Position numbers and translations under genes: made by a program. From a virus: a stretch of 64,000 nucleotides of DNA. The stretch covers positions 1-64,000 of the IMG/VR virus record IMGVR_UViG_3300013114_000583; one strand, 5' to 3'. The notes below the pieces were generated by a model, which saw nothing but the letters and a program-made list of their open reading frames with translations, was not told the origin of the DNA and made no database searches. The number at the start of each line of letters is the position of its first letter. Positions within the stretch are counted from its first letter, which is position 1. Positions 1-9,597 of this stretch are shown here, one piece after another.

Positions 1-166
1 CAGTAGGACAGTGTATGTAATTACCTTTTTTTATTTTTCTTTCTTGATTTTTTAGAGTTAGAGGAACAGCACTGTAAACCCCTTTCTTCTCAAATACTTG
101 AGCTATATGATTGTCGTCCAAAAAGGGCGAAAAAGTAAAAAAAATCAAACCAAATATGTGTAGCAT
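1..166 (-). CDS. hypothetical protein, partial (runs off window), hydrophobic N-terminus
   Basis: ATG at 166 after AGGAG; MLHIFGLIFFTFSPF... open to position 1. Confidence 0.5.
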   Translation of the reverse strand, partial: MLHIFGLIFFTFSPFLDDNHIAQVFEKKGVYSAVPLTLKNQERKIKKGNYIHCPT

Positions 167-210
167 ACTTGTCTCCTTAAATAAAAACGCTATTATCATA
201 TAATTACTAT

Positions 211-933
211 ATGAGACTGTTAATCTCTTTATTAATTGCAACATTCGCACCTTTAGGATGTAGTTCCCATATTACAACCATAGTAAATCCAATACCACAA
301 AAATCTTTTGTAAAAATATTAAAGAATGTAGAAATAAAAAAATGCCATAAAAAATCCAAAATTTGCAAACCAGGAGCCTTCGCTTCGACTGGTTCTGGCT
401 CTGTTGTTTTTAAAGATAAAAAATTTAGCTATATTTTAACAGCTGCGCATGTTTGCAACACCGATATAGTTAAGGAAGCCCTAAATGAAATTAAAGAATT
501 TGAAATATCAGTTTATATCGTGATTCATAATAAAAAAATCCACGAAGCGAAAATACTTCATAGCAATGATTTAAGCTCAGGAGCTGATTTGTGCCTACTT
601 ACAGTGGCACCCCTAGATATAACACCCCTGAAGCTTAGCATCAAAGAGCCCGTAATTGGAGCGAGACTGTTTTGTATGGCGGCGCCGATTGGCATCTACC
701 ACCCACCAACAGTTCCCATCTTCGATGGAATATACAGCGGTCTGATGCCGGATAATATTAATTTTTTATCTACAATACCGGCGGCGGGGGGCAGCTCTGG
801 AGCTCCTGTTTTAAATTATAAAATGGAATTAATAGGGGTTTTGTTTGCCACGCATCCTAATTTCAAACATGTTTCTATTTCCTCAAGTCACGAGTCAACC
901 AAAAATTTTCTTTTAAAGCACCTCAAGCTTTAA
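211..933 (+). CDS. trypsin-like serine protease, probable lipoprotein
   Basis: TAAHVC (His), DLCLL (Asp), GGSSG (Ser) catalytic motifs; signal peptide with LGC lipobox. Confidence 0.85.
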   Translation: MRLLISLLIATFAPLGCSSHITTIVNPIPQKSFVKILKNVEIKKCHKKSKICKPGAFASTGSGSVVFKDKKFSYILTAAHVCNTDIVKEALNEIKEFEISVYIVIHNKKIHEAKILHSNDLSSGADLCLLTVAPLDITPLKLSIKEPVIGARLFCMAAPIGIYHPPTVPIFDGIYSGLMPDNINFLSTIPAAGGSSGAPVLNYKMELIGVLFATHPNFKHVSISSSHESTKNFLLKHLKL

Positions 934-939
934 AAGAAA

Positions 940-1209
940 TCAGTTATAAACAATATAAATTTTATACCTAAGAGAAATAGGGTCTACGCCGGCGCCGGGT
1001 GGGGATACAGAAGGATGATAAAAAACTTCTTTTATTTCTGGCTCGTCCATAAGATCTACTAATAATTTTATAGACATTAAATCAGAAGTTATCCTAAAAC
1101 AATTTTTAATTTTTGAATATTTCTTATGATTATCCCAGTTTATTCCCAAGACCTCATCATTGGGCCCTATAACGTCTTGCAATATTTCTAGTGATTCTTT
1201 TTCTTTCAT
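940..1209 (-). CDS. hypothetical protein
   Basis: 89-aa ORF on the dominant strand. Confidence 0.6.
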   Translation of the reverse strand: MKEKESLEILQDVIGPNDEVLGINWDNHKKYSKIKNCFRITSDLMSIKLLVDLMDEPEIKEVFYHPSVSPPGAGVDPISLRYKIYIVYN

Positions 1210-1224
1210 ATCTTTTTAATCCAG

Positions 1225-1298
1225 TGGGCCTCCGCGGACTTGAACCGCGAACCTGCCGGTTATGAGCCGGATGCTCTAACCTATTGAGCTAGAGGCCC
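1225..1298 (-). tRNA. tRNA-Ile2 (CAU, lysidine-type)
   Basis: Cloverleaf GGGCCTC../..GAGGCCCA, anticodon loop CTCATAA, T-loop TTCAAGT; resembles bacterial Ile2 and sits directly downstream of tilS; CCA not encoded. Confidence 0.85.
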
Positions 1299-1312
1299 TT
1301 AATCTATTTATA

Positions 1313-1924
1313 TCAAGTTTCTTTATATTTTTCAAGTAATTTTTTACGAATTGTAGTTTTAATGCCGGGATTTACTTTTAACACTAATGGCATCATATTG
1401 TGTCGAATATGGTTTCTAATAAAATTAGTATTTGCGTTTGAAGGATCTTCTGACCACATTAAATTATTCTTTTTTGCAAAATTTAAAATTACTGATTTTT
1501 CTGTCATCAAGAAAGGGCGGTATATATTCGTCCCCTCTCTCCTATACGGAATTAGTTTTGGCTTTCCATGAAGAGCAGACATAACCCAAGTCTCAACCAC
1601 ATCATTCAGGTGGTGGCCAGTAATAATAAATTTTTCATTAAGAGATTGTAAAAAATTGTATCTCTCATCTCGCCAGAACTCCTCTAAAGACCTTTTACCA
1701 CGGTGACCAGTTGGGTGGCCAACTTTTAAGTTTAAATTATTCATTTCAGCATATTTCTCAACAAAATCTTGTGCAATTCGTGAAGTATTTGTGTCATGAT
1801 TGAAAAAAGCTAAATTAATTTTTCTCTTACCCTTTAAAAGAAATTCGGTGAATACAACTGAATCTATTCCGCCAGAGAAAGCAATTGTAACATTTCTTGG
1901 AATTTTTCTTATAATTCGAATCAT
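1313..1924 (-). CDS. tilS: tRNA(Ile)-lysidine synthetase (compact, catalytic domain only)
   Basis: PP-loop SGGIDS, RDERY, TGHHLNDVVET, RPFL, EDPSN, RNHIR. Confidence 0.9.
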   Translation of the reverse strand: MIRIIRKIPRNVTIAFSGGIDSVVFTEFLLKGKRKINLAFFNHDTNTSRIAQDFVEKYAEMNNLNLKVGHPTGHRGKRSLEEFWRDERYNFLQSLNEKFIITGHHLNDVVETWVMSALHGKPKLIPYRREGTNIYRPFLMTEKSVILNFAKKNNLMWSEDPSNANTNFIRNHIRHNMMPLVLKVNPGIKTTIRKKLLEKYKET

Positions 1925-2167
1925 TTTTCATCTTTTATTGTACTGTTTTTTTTCTTGTTTGTCAATTACCTATACCAAACTTTATAGTGCCCAGTATAAA
2001 TCAAGGATTAATTTTATTTATTTTAACCACAAAAAACTCTATGGCTTTTATTTTCCTTACTACATCTGCTAGATGATCGCAACAAACATACTCTTTTTGA
2101 TCTGATTTTGGACCCCATTGTATAACAAATTCTGCTGGAGCTGGGCAATGCAAACAATACTTCATAC

Positions 2168-2809
2168 CTATTCCGCTGTAGTCTCGCCGCCTGAATGGCG
2201 CTCGTAACCATGAGCATCGTTATAGGCATTGGCAACTTTCAATAGCTGTTTAATTGGCATCGCGATTTGTTGAATAGTTATCTTCTTAGGCTTCTCTGGG
2301 TGTCGTGAATTATAAATAATTGTGGCGGCCCAGCGGTGATGGCCATCTAATAAATAATTATCTTGTGAAACCAATATCTTTCCAAAATCTGGATACACCC
2401 CTTTTTCAACATTTTTTACTTTTTTCATTGAGTTGGAGATATAAATATCTTTCTGAGTTGGCTTTAATTCACTAGGATCAATCGAAATTTCTCTAACGTT
2501 AACTTGATCACCTTCTGGCCAGGGTCCTTCATCATCAGACGAATCTAAATATGCTGGCGTGGCTTTGCCAAAATCAGGGATTTTTTCCGGTTCATTCGTC
2601 TCTAAGCCTTGATTCGGCGGAGATTCTAACTCTGATTCGAAATCATCATTGTGTTTAATCTGGGGCATCTCTTTCCTCGATGTACCAAACACCTCTGAGC
2701 ATGCTTTTGGGAATTCGGTGCAAAAATCGTTACTTTTGTATTCTTCATGTTCTTCATGTTCTTCATGTTCTTTTATGAACCTCTTCCAGTTTTCCATTAT
2801 AAGTTTCAT
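2168..2809 (-). CDS. ParB/Srx-like domain protein with N-terminal MKLIMENW tag
   Basis: LKPTQ...ILVSQDNYLLDGHHRWAA; (HEE)3 repeat. Confidence 0.7.
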   Translation of the reverse strand: MKLIMENWKRFIKEHEEHEEHEEYKSNDFCTEFPKACSEVFGTSRKEMPQIKHNDDFESELESPPNQGLETNEPEKIPDFGKATPAYLDSSDDEGPWPEGDQVNVREISIDPSELKPTQKDIYISNSMKKVKNVEKGVYPDFGKILVSQDNYLLDGHHRWAATIIYNSRHPEKPKKITIQQIAMPIKQLLKVANAYNDAHGYERHSGGETTAE

Positions 2810-2824
2810 TATAAATACCTCTTA

Positions 2825-3130
2825 TTATAAGTAGTCTTTAATAACAGAAAAATTGGTGGAGGTGACACGAGCTAAGGGCACCGTTTTCTTTATATGCTCT
2901 TCTCTTTGTTTTTCTCTTAGAACTCTAATATGCTTTTCTTCTTTTGTGAGCTGTTTAAATATGTTATCGGATAAAACAACAAAACCAAAATTTTGACCTG
3001 GTATTATGAAATAATATATGGTTGAGCTTATATCTTTTAATCTTCTACGAAATGTAAAAATTGTTCCTGGTGGGTAGAATCTACCTCGCGGTGATGTCCA
3101 AGGTTTTTTTAAAGTGGCCCTATAAACCAT
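2825..3130 (-). CDS. hypothetical protein
   Basis: 101-aa ORF packed between neighbours. Confidence 0.55.
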   Translation of the reverse strand: MVYRATLKKPWTSPRGRFYPPGTIFTFRRRLKDISSTIYYFIIPGQNFGFVVLSDNIFKQLTKEEKHIRVLREKQREEHIKKTVPLARVTSTNFSVIKDYL

Positions 3131-3135
3131 GAGAA

Positions 3136-3456
3136 TTAAACACTAAAGCTCTCTCCACAACCACAAGTTCTGCGTGCACTAGGGTTATTAAATTTAAAAC
3201 CTGCCCCCGTTAAGTCATCTCTAAAGTCCACCTCGGTGCCCATAAGATATAAATAACTTTTTGAGTCCACAACAAGCTTAACTCCATGACTTTCTAGCTC
3301 TCGATCCTGTCCGGTAACTTCTTCAGCAAACTCCAGAAAATATGTGAAACCGGAGCATCCACCGCCGCGTACGCCAACGCGTAACCCTAATTTGTCGGGC
3401 CTATCATCAAGTAGTGCGCTAACTTTCTTAGCGGCTATTTTGGTTAATGTAATCAT
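3136..3456 (-). CDS. iscA: A-type Fe-S cluster carrier (IscA/HesB family)
   Basis: GLRVGVRGGGCSGFTY, NPSARRTCGCGESF. Confidence 0.93.
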   Translation of the reverse strand: MITLTKIAAKKVSALLDDRPDKLGLRVGVRGGGCSGFTYFLEFAEEVTGQDRELESHGVKLVVDSKSYLYLMGTEVDFRDDLTGAGFKFNNPSARRTCGCGESFSV

Positions 3457-3462
3457 ATACTA

Positions 3463-3491
3463 AGTATATCAAAGTGGTCTCATGTTGTCAA
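3463..3491 (-). promoter_or_regulatory. sigma70-type promoter, probably leaderless for iscA
   Basis: TTGACA-17-TATACT ending 6 nt before ATG; no SD. Confidence 0.7.
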
Positions 3492-3495
3492 ATAT

Positions 3496-3801
<306 letters not shown>

Positions 3802-3807
3802 ATTTCT

Positions 3808-4332
3808 TTATTCTCCTATTGGCGGAGGTTGTTTTGCGTTTTGCCGAAAGCGTTCTAAACTATCCTCCATTTCGTCGGCGTCGACGTCTGGACCTTCATA
3901 ACTAGAGCTATCGGGAGGCGTACCAAGTTCGACCCCCAACTCTTTAAGCATTTGATCAAATTTTTGAAGGACGGCCGTACCACCGGGAATATTTAATTGC
4001 TTTCGAACCAAGTTCAGCACATCTACAACTGGAGTACCATCCTCCATCATGCCGTCTAAAAGCCCGGGATCCATGCCTGAGGCCTGTTCCATGCCCTGTT
4101 GAGCCAGTGCCCCTGCTCTTTCCATAGGATCGCTTGAAGCGTCAGGATCGGCCCAAGGCGGGCGTTCTGAATCCGGCCAATCACCAGCTACCGTCGTCCC
4201 GTCGGCTCGGCGGTCAGTATCTGTCAGCTCAGCTCTAGCGATGGCGTCCCCACGCTCGTCTTGATCTATTGTTTCGTCCAAGAAATATCTTGGGTCTATT
4301 CTCTTTTTGTTTTGTCCATAAAATTTTGGCAT
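3808..4332 (-). CDS. hypothetical acidic protein (KKRIDPRYFLDE N-terminus)
   Basis: 174-aa ORF. Confidence 0.7.
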   Translation of the reverse strand: MPKFYGQNKKRIDPRYFLDETIDQDERGDAIARAELTDTDRRADGTTVAGDWPDSERPPWADPDASSDPMERAGALAQQGMEQASGMDPGLLDGMMEDGTPVVDVLNLVRKQLNIPGGTAVLQKFDQMLKELGVELGTPPDSSSYEGPDVDADEMEDSLERFRQNAKQPPPIGE

Positions 4333-4335
4333 TAT

Positions 4336-4860
4336 CTATCTCCTTGTTTTAAGATTTCTTAAGCTATTTTCCATATTATTCAATTCTTTATTTATATGAA
4401 AAAGATCTATGTCTACTGTGTCGGCCCGGGCCAATATCTCTTTGAACTCTTCCATCATTTCTCTTTGTCTATCAGCATCAAATTTTGATATAGTATTTGC
4501 TGCTTCCAACTTAGTTAACTCTCTATTTTGTACATTCATGCGCTGAATAAAATCTTCATCTGTCGGCATGTTGAAGTCTCTATCAGATTTTCTAAAATCT
4601 TGTATATTGCGATCTAACTTGTCCATAGACCAATCTGGGGGTGCACCGGCAGGATGATCTATTTGCAGCGCTGGGCGGTCTTTGATGGGGGCGCCCACAG
4701 GGTACTCATCTGGGGGCCTCAATGTAGGCACCGGCTTTTCAAGGCCACCGGCATGTATGTCACCAGTGGAGGGGTCGACAGGCACTAAGCCGTCGCCGGG
4801 TGTATCTTGATCATCTTTCAGGCCCAACCATTTTCTCCAATTCTCCATAATTAATTTCAT
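4336..4860 (-). CDS. hypothetical protein with MKLIMENWRKWL tag
   Basis: shared N-terminal motif. Confidence 0.75.
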   Translation of the reverse strand: MKLIMENWRKWLGLKDDQDTPGDGLVPVDPSTGDIHAGGLEKPVPTLRPPDEYPVGAPIKDRPALQIDHPAGAPPDWSMDKLDRNIQDFRKSDRDFNMPTDEDFIQRMNVQNRELTKLEAANTISKFDADRQREMMEEFKEILARADTVDIDLFHINKELNNMENSLRNLKTRR

Positions 4861-4961
4861 TCTCGCTTTCTATCTCCAAACTTAGCTAATTTAAATATCA
4901 AAACCGGCATTATTATTAGAGGCATTAACATACTAATTGCGATTCCTAAAATAATTGTCAT
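4857..4961 (-). CDS. small membrane peptide (34 aa)
   Basis: MTIILGIAISMLMPLIIMPVLIFKLAKFGDRKRE; AGGAG upstream; ATGA overlap with next gene. Confidence 0.5.
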   Translation of the reverse strand: MTIILGIAISMLMPLIIMPVLIFKLAKFGDRKRE

Positions 4962-4999
4962 TACTAATTATTATCTCCTTTTACTTAATTACCATTATA

Positions 5000-5033
5000 A
5001 CAAAAGAAACCCCTTGAGATCAAGGGGTTTCTT
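5000..5033 (-). terminator. intrinsic terminator
   Basis: AAGAAACCCCTTG-AGAT-CAAGGGGTTTCTT 13-bp stem, T-rich 3' end on minus. Confidence 0.8.
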
Positions 5034-5053
5034 CAAAAAGGCCTATCTTTTTT

Positions 5054-6259
5054 TTATACCACGCGCCAGTGTATCATAACACCGCCGCCCATAACCACTG
5101 AACTTGCATCATCAGCGGCACGGTCGAAAGTGAGTTGAATCCCACCAAAAGCAGCGGCTCCTGCATGGGCATTTGCTGAAGGCAGAACACAAGTGCCAAG
5201 CGCAATATCAACGCCTGCTCCAGGATCTAATAATGCACGAGCAGCATTGCTCATAATGTTTGGAACACCTGAAGCAGTATACAAAGCTGCGCCGGCGTGG
5301 GCATCGAGAGCTACTGGGTTTGCGTGAGCGGCGTCAATTGATTTGACTGTAAGTAAGTCACCAGCACCAACATCGCTCACAATCTTAAAAACCATCCGCT
5401 TATACTGGGCTAGACCAGCCGGTGCAATATTCACAGTAAGAGCTGCGGCTGCGTCGTCTACACCATGGGCATATTTTGAAGCAGGTCCATTTTGTAACCA
5501 CAAAACACCTTCATCAGCAACAATATCAGCAGCATCACCGCCGTCAAGCTTTAGAAAATAATGCTTAACTTCATGTGATTTTTGGATTCCGGGAATATTC
5601 TGCACGTCTATCTCACCAGAATCGCCAGCTTCGCTAACAACATGACCAGCGCCACTACTTGTCTGGACATAAAGCACGTCAGCATCGGCATCGTCGGGAG
5701 TAAAAGTGATCTTACTTAATTCTGGATGTGTGGCAGCTGCAGCTGTGACGGCTGCAGTAAAAACTGCCCCCACTGCTCCATCGGCCGTGGCAACACCACC
5801 AGGATTAATCTGGACAAGGAAGCAACCATTAGCTGCGTCAGCAGGACAATTGATGTCGCCGGCGGCGATTGGATCGCCGTTATCACCATCGCCTTGGGTC
5901 GTAGTAAACATAAAATGAATACCATCAATTATTATAAGAGCGTGATCATCCGGCACTGTATTGCCGGCTGATACCTCCCACCTGGCAACACCAATCAAAT
6001 CTAAATCCGATGATTTAGTCACACCAGCTAAACCGGCATTAAGCAGATACTTATCAACGCGATCAGGATCCGGAGTTGTACCCGTAGTAAACAATGACGA
6101 CTTGCAGCTAGTGCCACCACCAAATTGATGATAGCGCAAAAGATTTGTTAAATATGCCGAATCTTCTAGTTTTGCTTTCACACCATCCGAAAGAGGTGCT
6201 GTTGGGCTAAGAGTTGCTGCGATTGCTCTCTTTAACCTTCTTTTTCTTGGACTTCCCAT
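5054..6259 (-). CDS. Ala/Gly/Asp-rich probable virion structural protein
   Basis: start reassigned to MGSPRKRR after GGAGG; beta-rich composition; followed by strong terminator. Confidence 0.65.
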   Translation of the reverse strand: MGSPRKRRLKRAIAATLSPTAPLSDGVKAKLEDSAYLTNLLRYHQFGGGTSCKSSLFTTGTTPDPDRVDKYLLNAGLAGVTKSSDLDLIGVARWEVSAGNTVPDDHALIIIDGIHFMFTTTQGDGDNGDPIAAGDINCPADAANGCFLVQINPGGVATADGAVGAVFTAAVTAAAATHPELSKITFTPDDADADVLYVQTSSGAGHVVSEAGDSGEIDVQNIPGIQKSHEVKHYFLKLDGGDAADIVADEGVLWLQNGPASKYAHGVDDAAAALTVNIAPAGLAQYKRMVFKIVSDVGAGDLLTVKSIDAAHANPVALDAHAGAALYTASGVPNIMSNAARALLDPGAGVDIALGTCVLPSANAHAGAAAFGGIQLTFDRAADDASSVVMGGGVMIHWRVV

Positions 6260-6292
6260 GATAATTTCCTCCATTAAGTCTATGGGTCCCAC

Positions 6293-7051
6293 TTAGGGCG
6301 AGAAATATTTATTTTTAAGTATCTCTAATGTGTCGAGAGGTCCCTTTACCGTATGATATGTTAAATTTTTGCATGAGTTGGCCTTTTTAACGATACTATA
6401 ATCATTACCACCGGGTTCAGTTCTATCTCCAAAAAATACAATACTCTGTATTTCTCCTGAATATAAATAGTTGTTTAAAAATTCTATTACCTGGGATTTG
6501 TCATTGCCTTTTGGAATTATATCAATTGAAATAGAGCCGCCGATGCATGCATCAAGATTTTTATATTTAGAATTTATAAAATTTGCTATAGATTTTCTTT
6601 CTTTGTTTATAGAGTCCCACTTGTTATATTCTTGTCTCTGGTTAGAATCCGCGTTTCTACCAATTATAGAAAAGTTGACCATTCCTGTTCTTCCCTCTAT
6701 ATGGTTTCCTGTTTTATATGGAAAAGTTGATTTCTCTATAAAGATTTTCAGCTCTTGCTTCAATGATTCTGGCAATTCGAAGTCTTTGCTATAGACAACA
6801 TGACCATTTGGTAATCTTAGTTCATTCCCCATACAGCAAAATATATAAATTGCGTTATCTAAAAATTTCTGTGTTAATTGTTCTTGAACTTTTTCAAAAT
6901 CACTCCCAGTAACCAAAATAACATTGTTGTTTTTGGCCCATTTTATAAATTTTTCTTCAAAAAGAATAGTCATAGGTTCGCGAGGGGCAGTTAAGGTGCC
7001 ATCGACGTCAAACAAGAACACATCTTTATTTGGCATTACTTTTATAGTCAC
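6293..7051 (-). CDS. HAD-IIB hydrolase, eukaryote-type phosphomannomutase-like
   Basis: FDVDGTLT, VTGSD, IEGRTGMVNFSIIGRN, GGSISID, FFGDRTEPGGNDY. Confidence 0.85.
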   Translation of the reverse strand: MTIKVMPNKDVFLFDVDGTLTAPREPMTILFEEKFIKWAKNNNVILVTGSDFEKVQEQLTQKFLDNAIYIFCCMGNELRLPNGHVVYSKDFELPESLKQELKIFIEKSTFPYKTGNHIEGRTGMVNFSIIGRNADSNQRQEYNKWDSINKERKSIANFINSKYKNLDACIGGSISIDIIPKGNDKSQVIEFLNNYLYSGEIQSIVFFGDRTEPGGNDYSIVKKANSCKNLTYHTVKGPLDTLEILKNKYFSP

Positions 7052-7358
7052 TTTTCAATCCATATTTGAAAATAAAATTTTTAATTTGAGCAGGCCGCAC
7101 GTTCAATACGGCGGCGGCCTCACGAATAGAGTTAGTCCTATTTACAGCAAATTTTATAAATGAATCTTTTATAATATAGTCTAACTTTTTCCAGATTGGA
7201 AAACCAAAAAGTTTATTATTTAATTTTTTAGAAGAAATTTCTAGTTTTAAAGTTATTAAATCTTCTAAAGATAATTGACTAATTAAAATTTCTAAATTAT
7301 TAGTTAATATCTTTTTTTCTCTTAAATCATTAAGAATGGAATTCTTTTGTTCTTTCAT
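7026..7358 (-). CDS. Fis-like helix-turn-helix protein
   Basis: C-terminal NSIREAAAVLNV...FKYGL pattern; start uncertain. Confidence 0.55.
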   Translation of the reverse strand: MKEQKNSILNDLREKKILTNNLEILISQLSLEDLITLKLEISSKKLNNKLFGFPIWKKLDYIIKDSFIKFAVNRTNSIREAAAVLNVRPAQIKNFIFKYGLKSDYKSNAK

Positions 7359-7409
7359 TGCCGCCGAACCCAACCACCTCAACTAAAATAACATATTCAA
7401 TAAAATTAA

Positions 7410-7781
7410 TCAAGTATTATTAACAACTTTTTTTACTGTTTTTCTTTTTCTCGTAGAAGAAGTTGATTTTATTGGGGTTTTTCTTGTACGAGAAGCCGGC
7501 TTTTTTGAACGAGGCTTTCTTTTTGGTTTTGTGGTAGAAACTGTGGTAGTTTCGTTGTCGGTGGATTCTTTTTTTAATTCTGGATCCTCTGCTAACTCTT
7601 CAACATTAAGCAACTCAGGCTCTGGTGTTTTTGAAGGCTCTTCTACATTTTTTTCCGATAGTAAAGAGAGCCCGGCCGGCAATTTAGATTTTGGGACCTC
7701 TTCTTGGGCATTTTCATTATTTAACTTCAATTCAGCCGCTATTCTTCTTAATCTTCTTTGTTTTCTCTTCTTGGGTGTCAT
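7410..7781 (-). CDS. low-complexity basic/acidic protein
   Basis: MTPKKRKQRRLRRIAA N-terminus, K/R/T-rich tail. Confidence 0.65.
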   Translation of the reverse strand: MTPKKRKQRRLRRIAAELKLNNENAQEEVPKSKLPAGLSLLSEKNVEEPSKTPEPELLNVEELAEDPELKKESTDNETTTVSTTKPKRKPRSKKPASRTRKTPIKSTSSTRKRKTVKKVVNNT

Positions 7782-7784
7782 AAA

Positions 7785-8651
7785 TTATACTCCTGGTGGT
7801 AATTCTGGTAGTTTTGGTGGAGGGCCCTCTGCTGGTGGCTCTTCTTCCTCTTCTGGGGCAGCCCCGGGTTCAGCCTCTGGTGCGATTCCCGCTTCGGCTT
7901 CATCACCCGGGGGCTCTCCTGTTGGTGCCGCTTTTGTTTCATCGTATTCCGGGCTGCTGGGTTCTTTAAGAGTTGGATCTAATTCTTTTTCCCATTTATC
8001 AAAATAAAGTTTTAAATTTGCCATCATCCATCTCTTGAAGATTTCCTGGTCATCAAGATCATCAAGCCCAGAAAAGTGATCCACAATGGAGGTTTCAATT
8101 ACAGAATAAACTTGTTCAGCCTTATTCCTTCCAGTTGTGTCTTGGTCTTCTAATTCACGAAACCCCTCTTCTTCGTCTTCACCTTCAATTGGCCTTTCTG
8201 CTTTATCTATAAACTCAGCTTCTTCATCTGATCCGTCATCAGCATTAATAAACTTTTCCTTATCTTCATCTGAAACAACGTCTATGTCTACTACTTCTTC
8301 TTTTAAAGTAGCTTTGTCTGTAGCCTGGATCGGTTCAAGGGTGTCCATTACCCAATTTAAGATATGAGCTCTAAATGACTTTCTCTGTTCTGGGGTTGTT
8401 GTTAAAGTTTTGTAAGATTGTCGTAGCGTTTTTAACATATTGGTGTTTTTAAAGAGTTCTCGTAAAACGTTGATTCCAGTGTACTCGTGTGGATCTGTTT
8501 CTACTTTTTCAGCAGCGACTTCTAATATCAAGTGACGTATTAAGTTTCGAAATTTAATTTCTTCGTTTAACTCAGCATTTTTACGCTTTTTTGCCATCTT
8601 AATAGCAGTTCGTACATGAGCTCTTAGTAATCTCTCTTCAGTTTTGTTCAT
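7785..8651 (-). CDS. hypothetical acidic phage protein
   Basis: 288-aa ORF, Pro/Glu tail. Confidence 0.75.
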   Translation of the reverse strand: MNKTEERLLRAHVRTAIKMAKKRKNAELNEEIKFRNLIRHLILEVAAEKVETDPHEYTGINVLRELFKNTNMLKTLRQSYKTLTTTPEQRKSFRAHILNWVMDTLEPIQATDKATLKEEVVDIDVVSDEDKEKFINADDGSDEEAEFIDKAERPIEGEDEEEGFRELEDQDTTGRNKAEQVYSVIETSIVDHFSGLDDLDDQEIFKRWMMANLKLYFDKWEKELDPTLKEPSSPEYDETKAAPTGEPPGDEAEAGIAPEAEPGAAPEEEEEPPAEGPPPKLPELPPGV

Positions 8652-9562
8652 TTTTGTTTTCTCTTTATTTTTTTCTTTTTCTTTTTGCTCGGAGTTTCTT
8701 CTTTTACATCAATCATGGGCCCAGCATATCCCGCAACAGCTCCTGATGCAACGGCGTTGCCTTCATTTGCTGCAAATGCATTTGAATATTTTTGCCTAGG
8801 TTGGTTCCATGGTTTTCCATATTTAACTAAATCTTTACGGCCACCGTCAAGTATGACTCTGTGTGCTTTTCTCAATCTAATTTTCATTCTTTTTTGAAAG
8901 CTGCTTTCTGTTATTACCTTATTCTTATTTTTTATTTCTTCAAATAAGTCAATGTCAGATATTATTTTTTTATAATCTATATTGCAAATATATTTTGACA
9001 AGTATTCCTCTAGTTTACCAGTAAAACCAGAACTAGTATCTGAATCGAAGAACATATTACGCAACACTGATGCTATATTAACTCCATCTATTTTAAGAGC
9101 TTGTGCTTCATCCGCAATAAATTTTGCAACGACATGCACCAATATATACTCAACTAAGGTTTGAGCAAGATCTGCGCCAAGTTGAGCACAAATTTCTTGA
9201 TTTGTACCTTTAATTAGTGTATAAATATCTGATAAATCTTGGTTACCTATAAAAGTTACTAGAACTCCGCGTAGATGCCCTTCTTTGAACCCAAGAGATT
9301 TTAAAATGTATCTTGCAAGTTTCTCTACTAAAGTAGATTTGATTCCCTCAAGGCCAATGCCGAGACCTTTCGCAGCTCCTGTAAAGAATTTCCCTATGCC
9401 GCCTAAAATACCTTCTTCATTTAATTCATTTAATTCATTTTCGAATTCAATGGCGTATTCTATTATAAATTCATTAATAAATTGCTCAGAGGCTCCTGCC
9501 TTTTTAAGCAAAATACACCTTTCTCTCAAAAATTCAATTGGTGTTCCGGGATTTGCGCTCAT
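8648..9562 (-). CDS. hypothetical protein
   Basis: 304-aa ORF, AGGAG SD, ATGA overlap. Confidence 0.75.
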   Translation of the reverse strand: MSANPGTPIEFLRERCILLKKAGASEQFINEFIIEYAIEFENELNELNEEGILGGIGKFFTGAAKGLGIGLEGIKSTLVEKLARYILKSLGFKEGHLRGVLVTFIGNQDLSDIYTLIKGTNQEICAQLGADLAQTLVEYILVHVVAKFIADEAQALKIDGVNIASVLRNMFFDSDTSSGFTGKLEEYLSKYICNIDYKKIISDIDLFEEIKNKNKVITESSFQKRMKIRLRKAHRVILDGGRKDLVKYGKPWNQPRQKYSNAFAANEGNAVASGAVAGYAGPMIDVKEETPSKKKKKKIKRKQK

Positions 9563-9597
9563 AAATGATGCTCCTGTTACTTTAATAAATAGTTAAA

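Noticed and set aside
2740-2772. 9-bp tandem repeat as a regulatory element
   Set aside because: In-frame (HEE)3 slippage within a linker.
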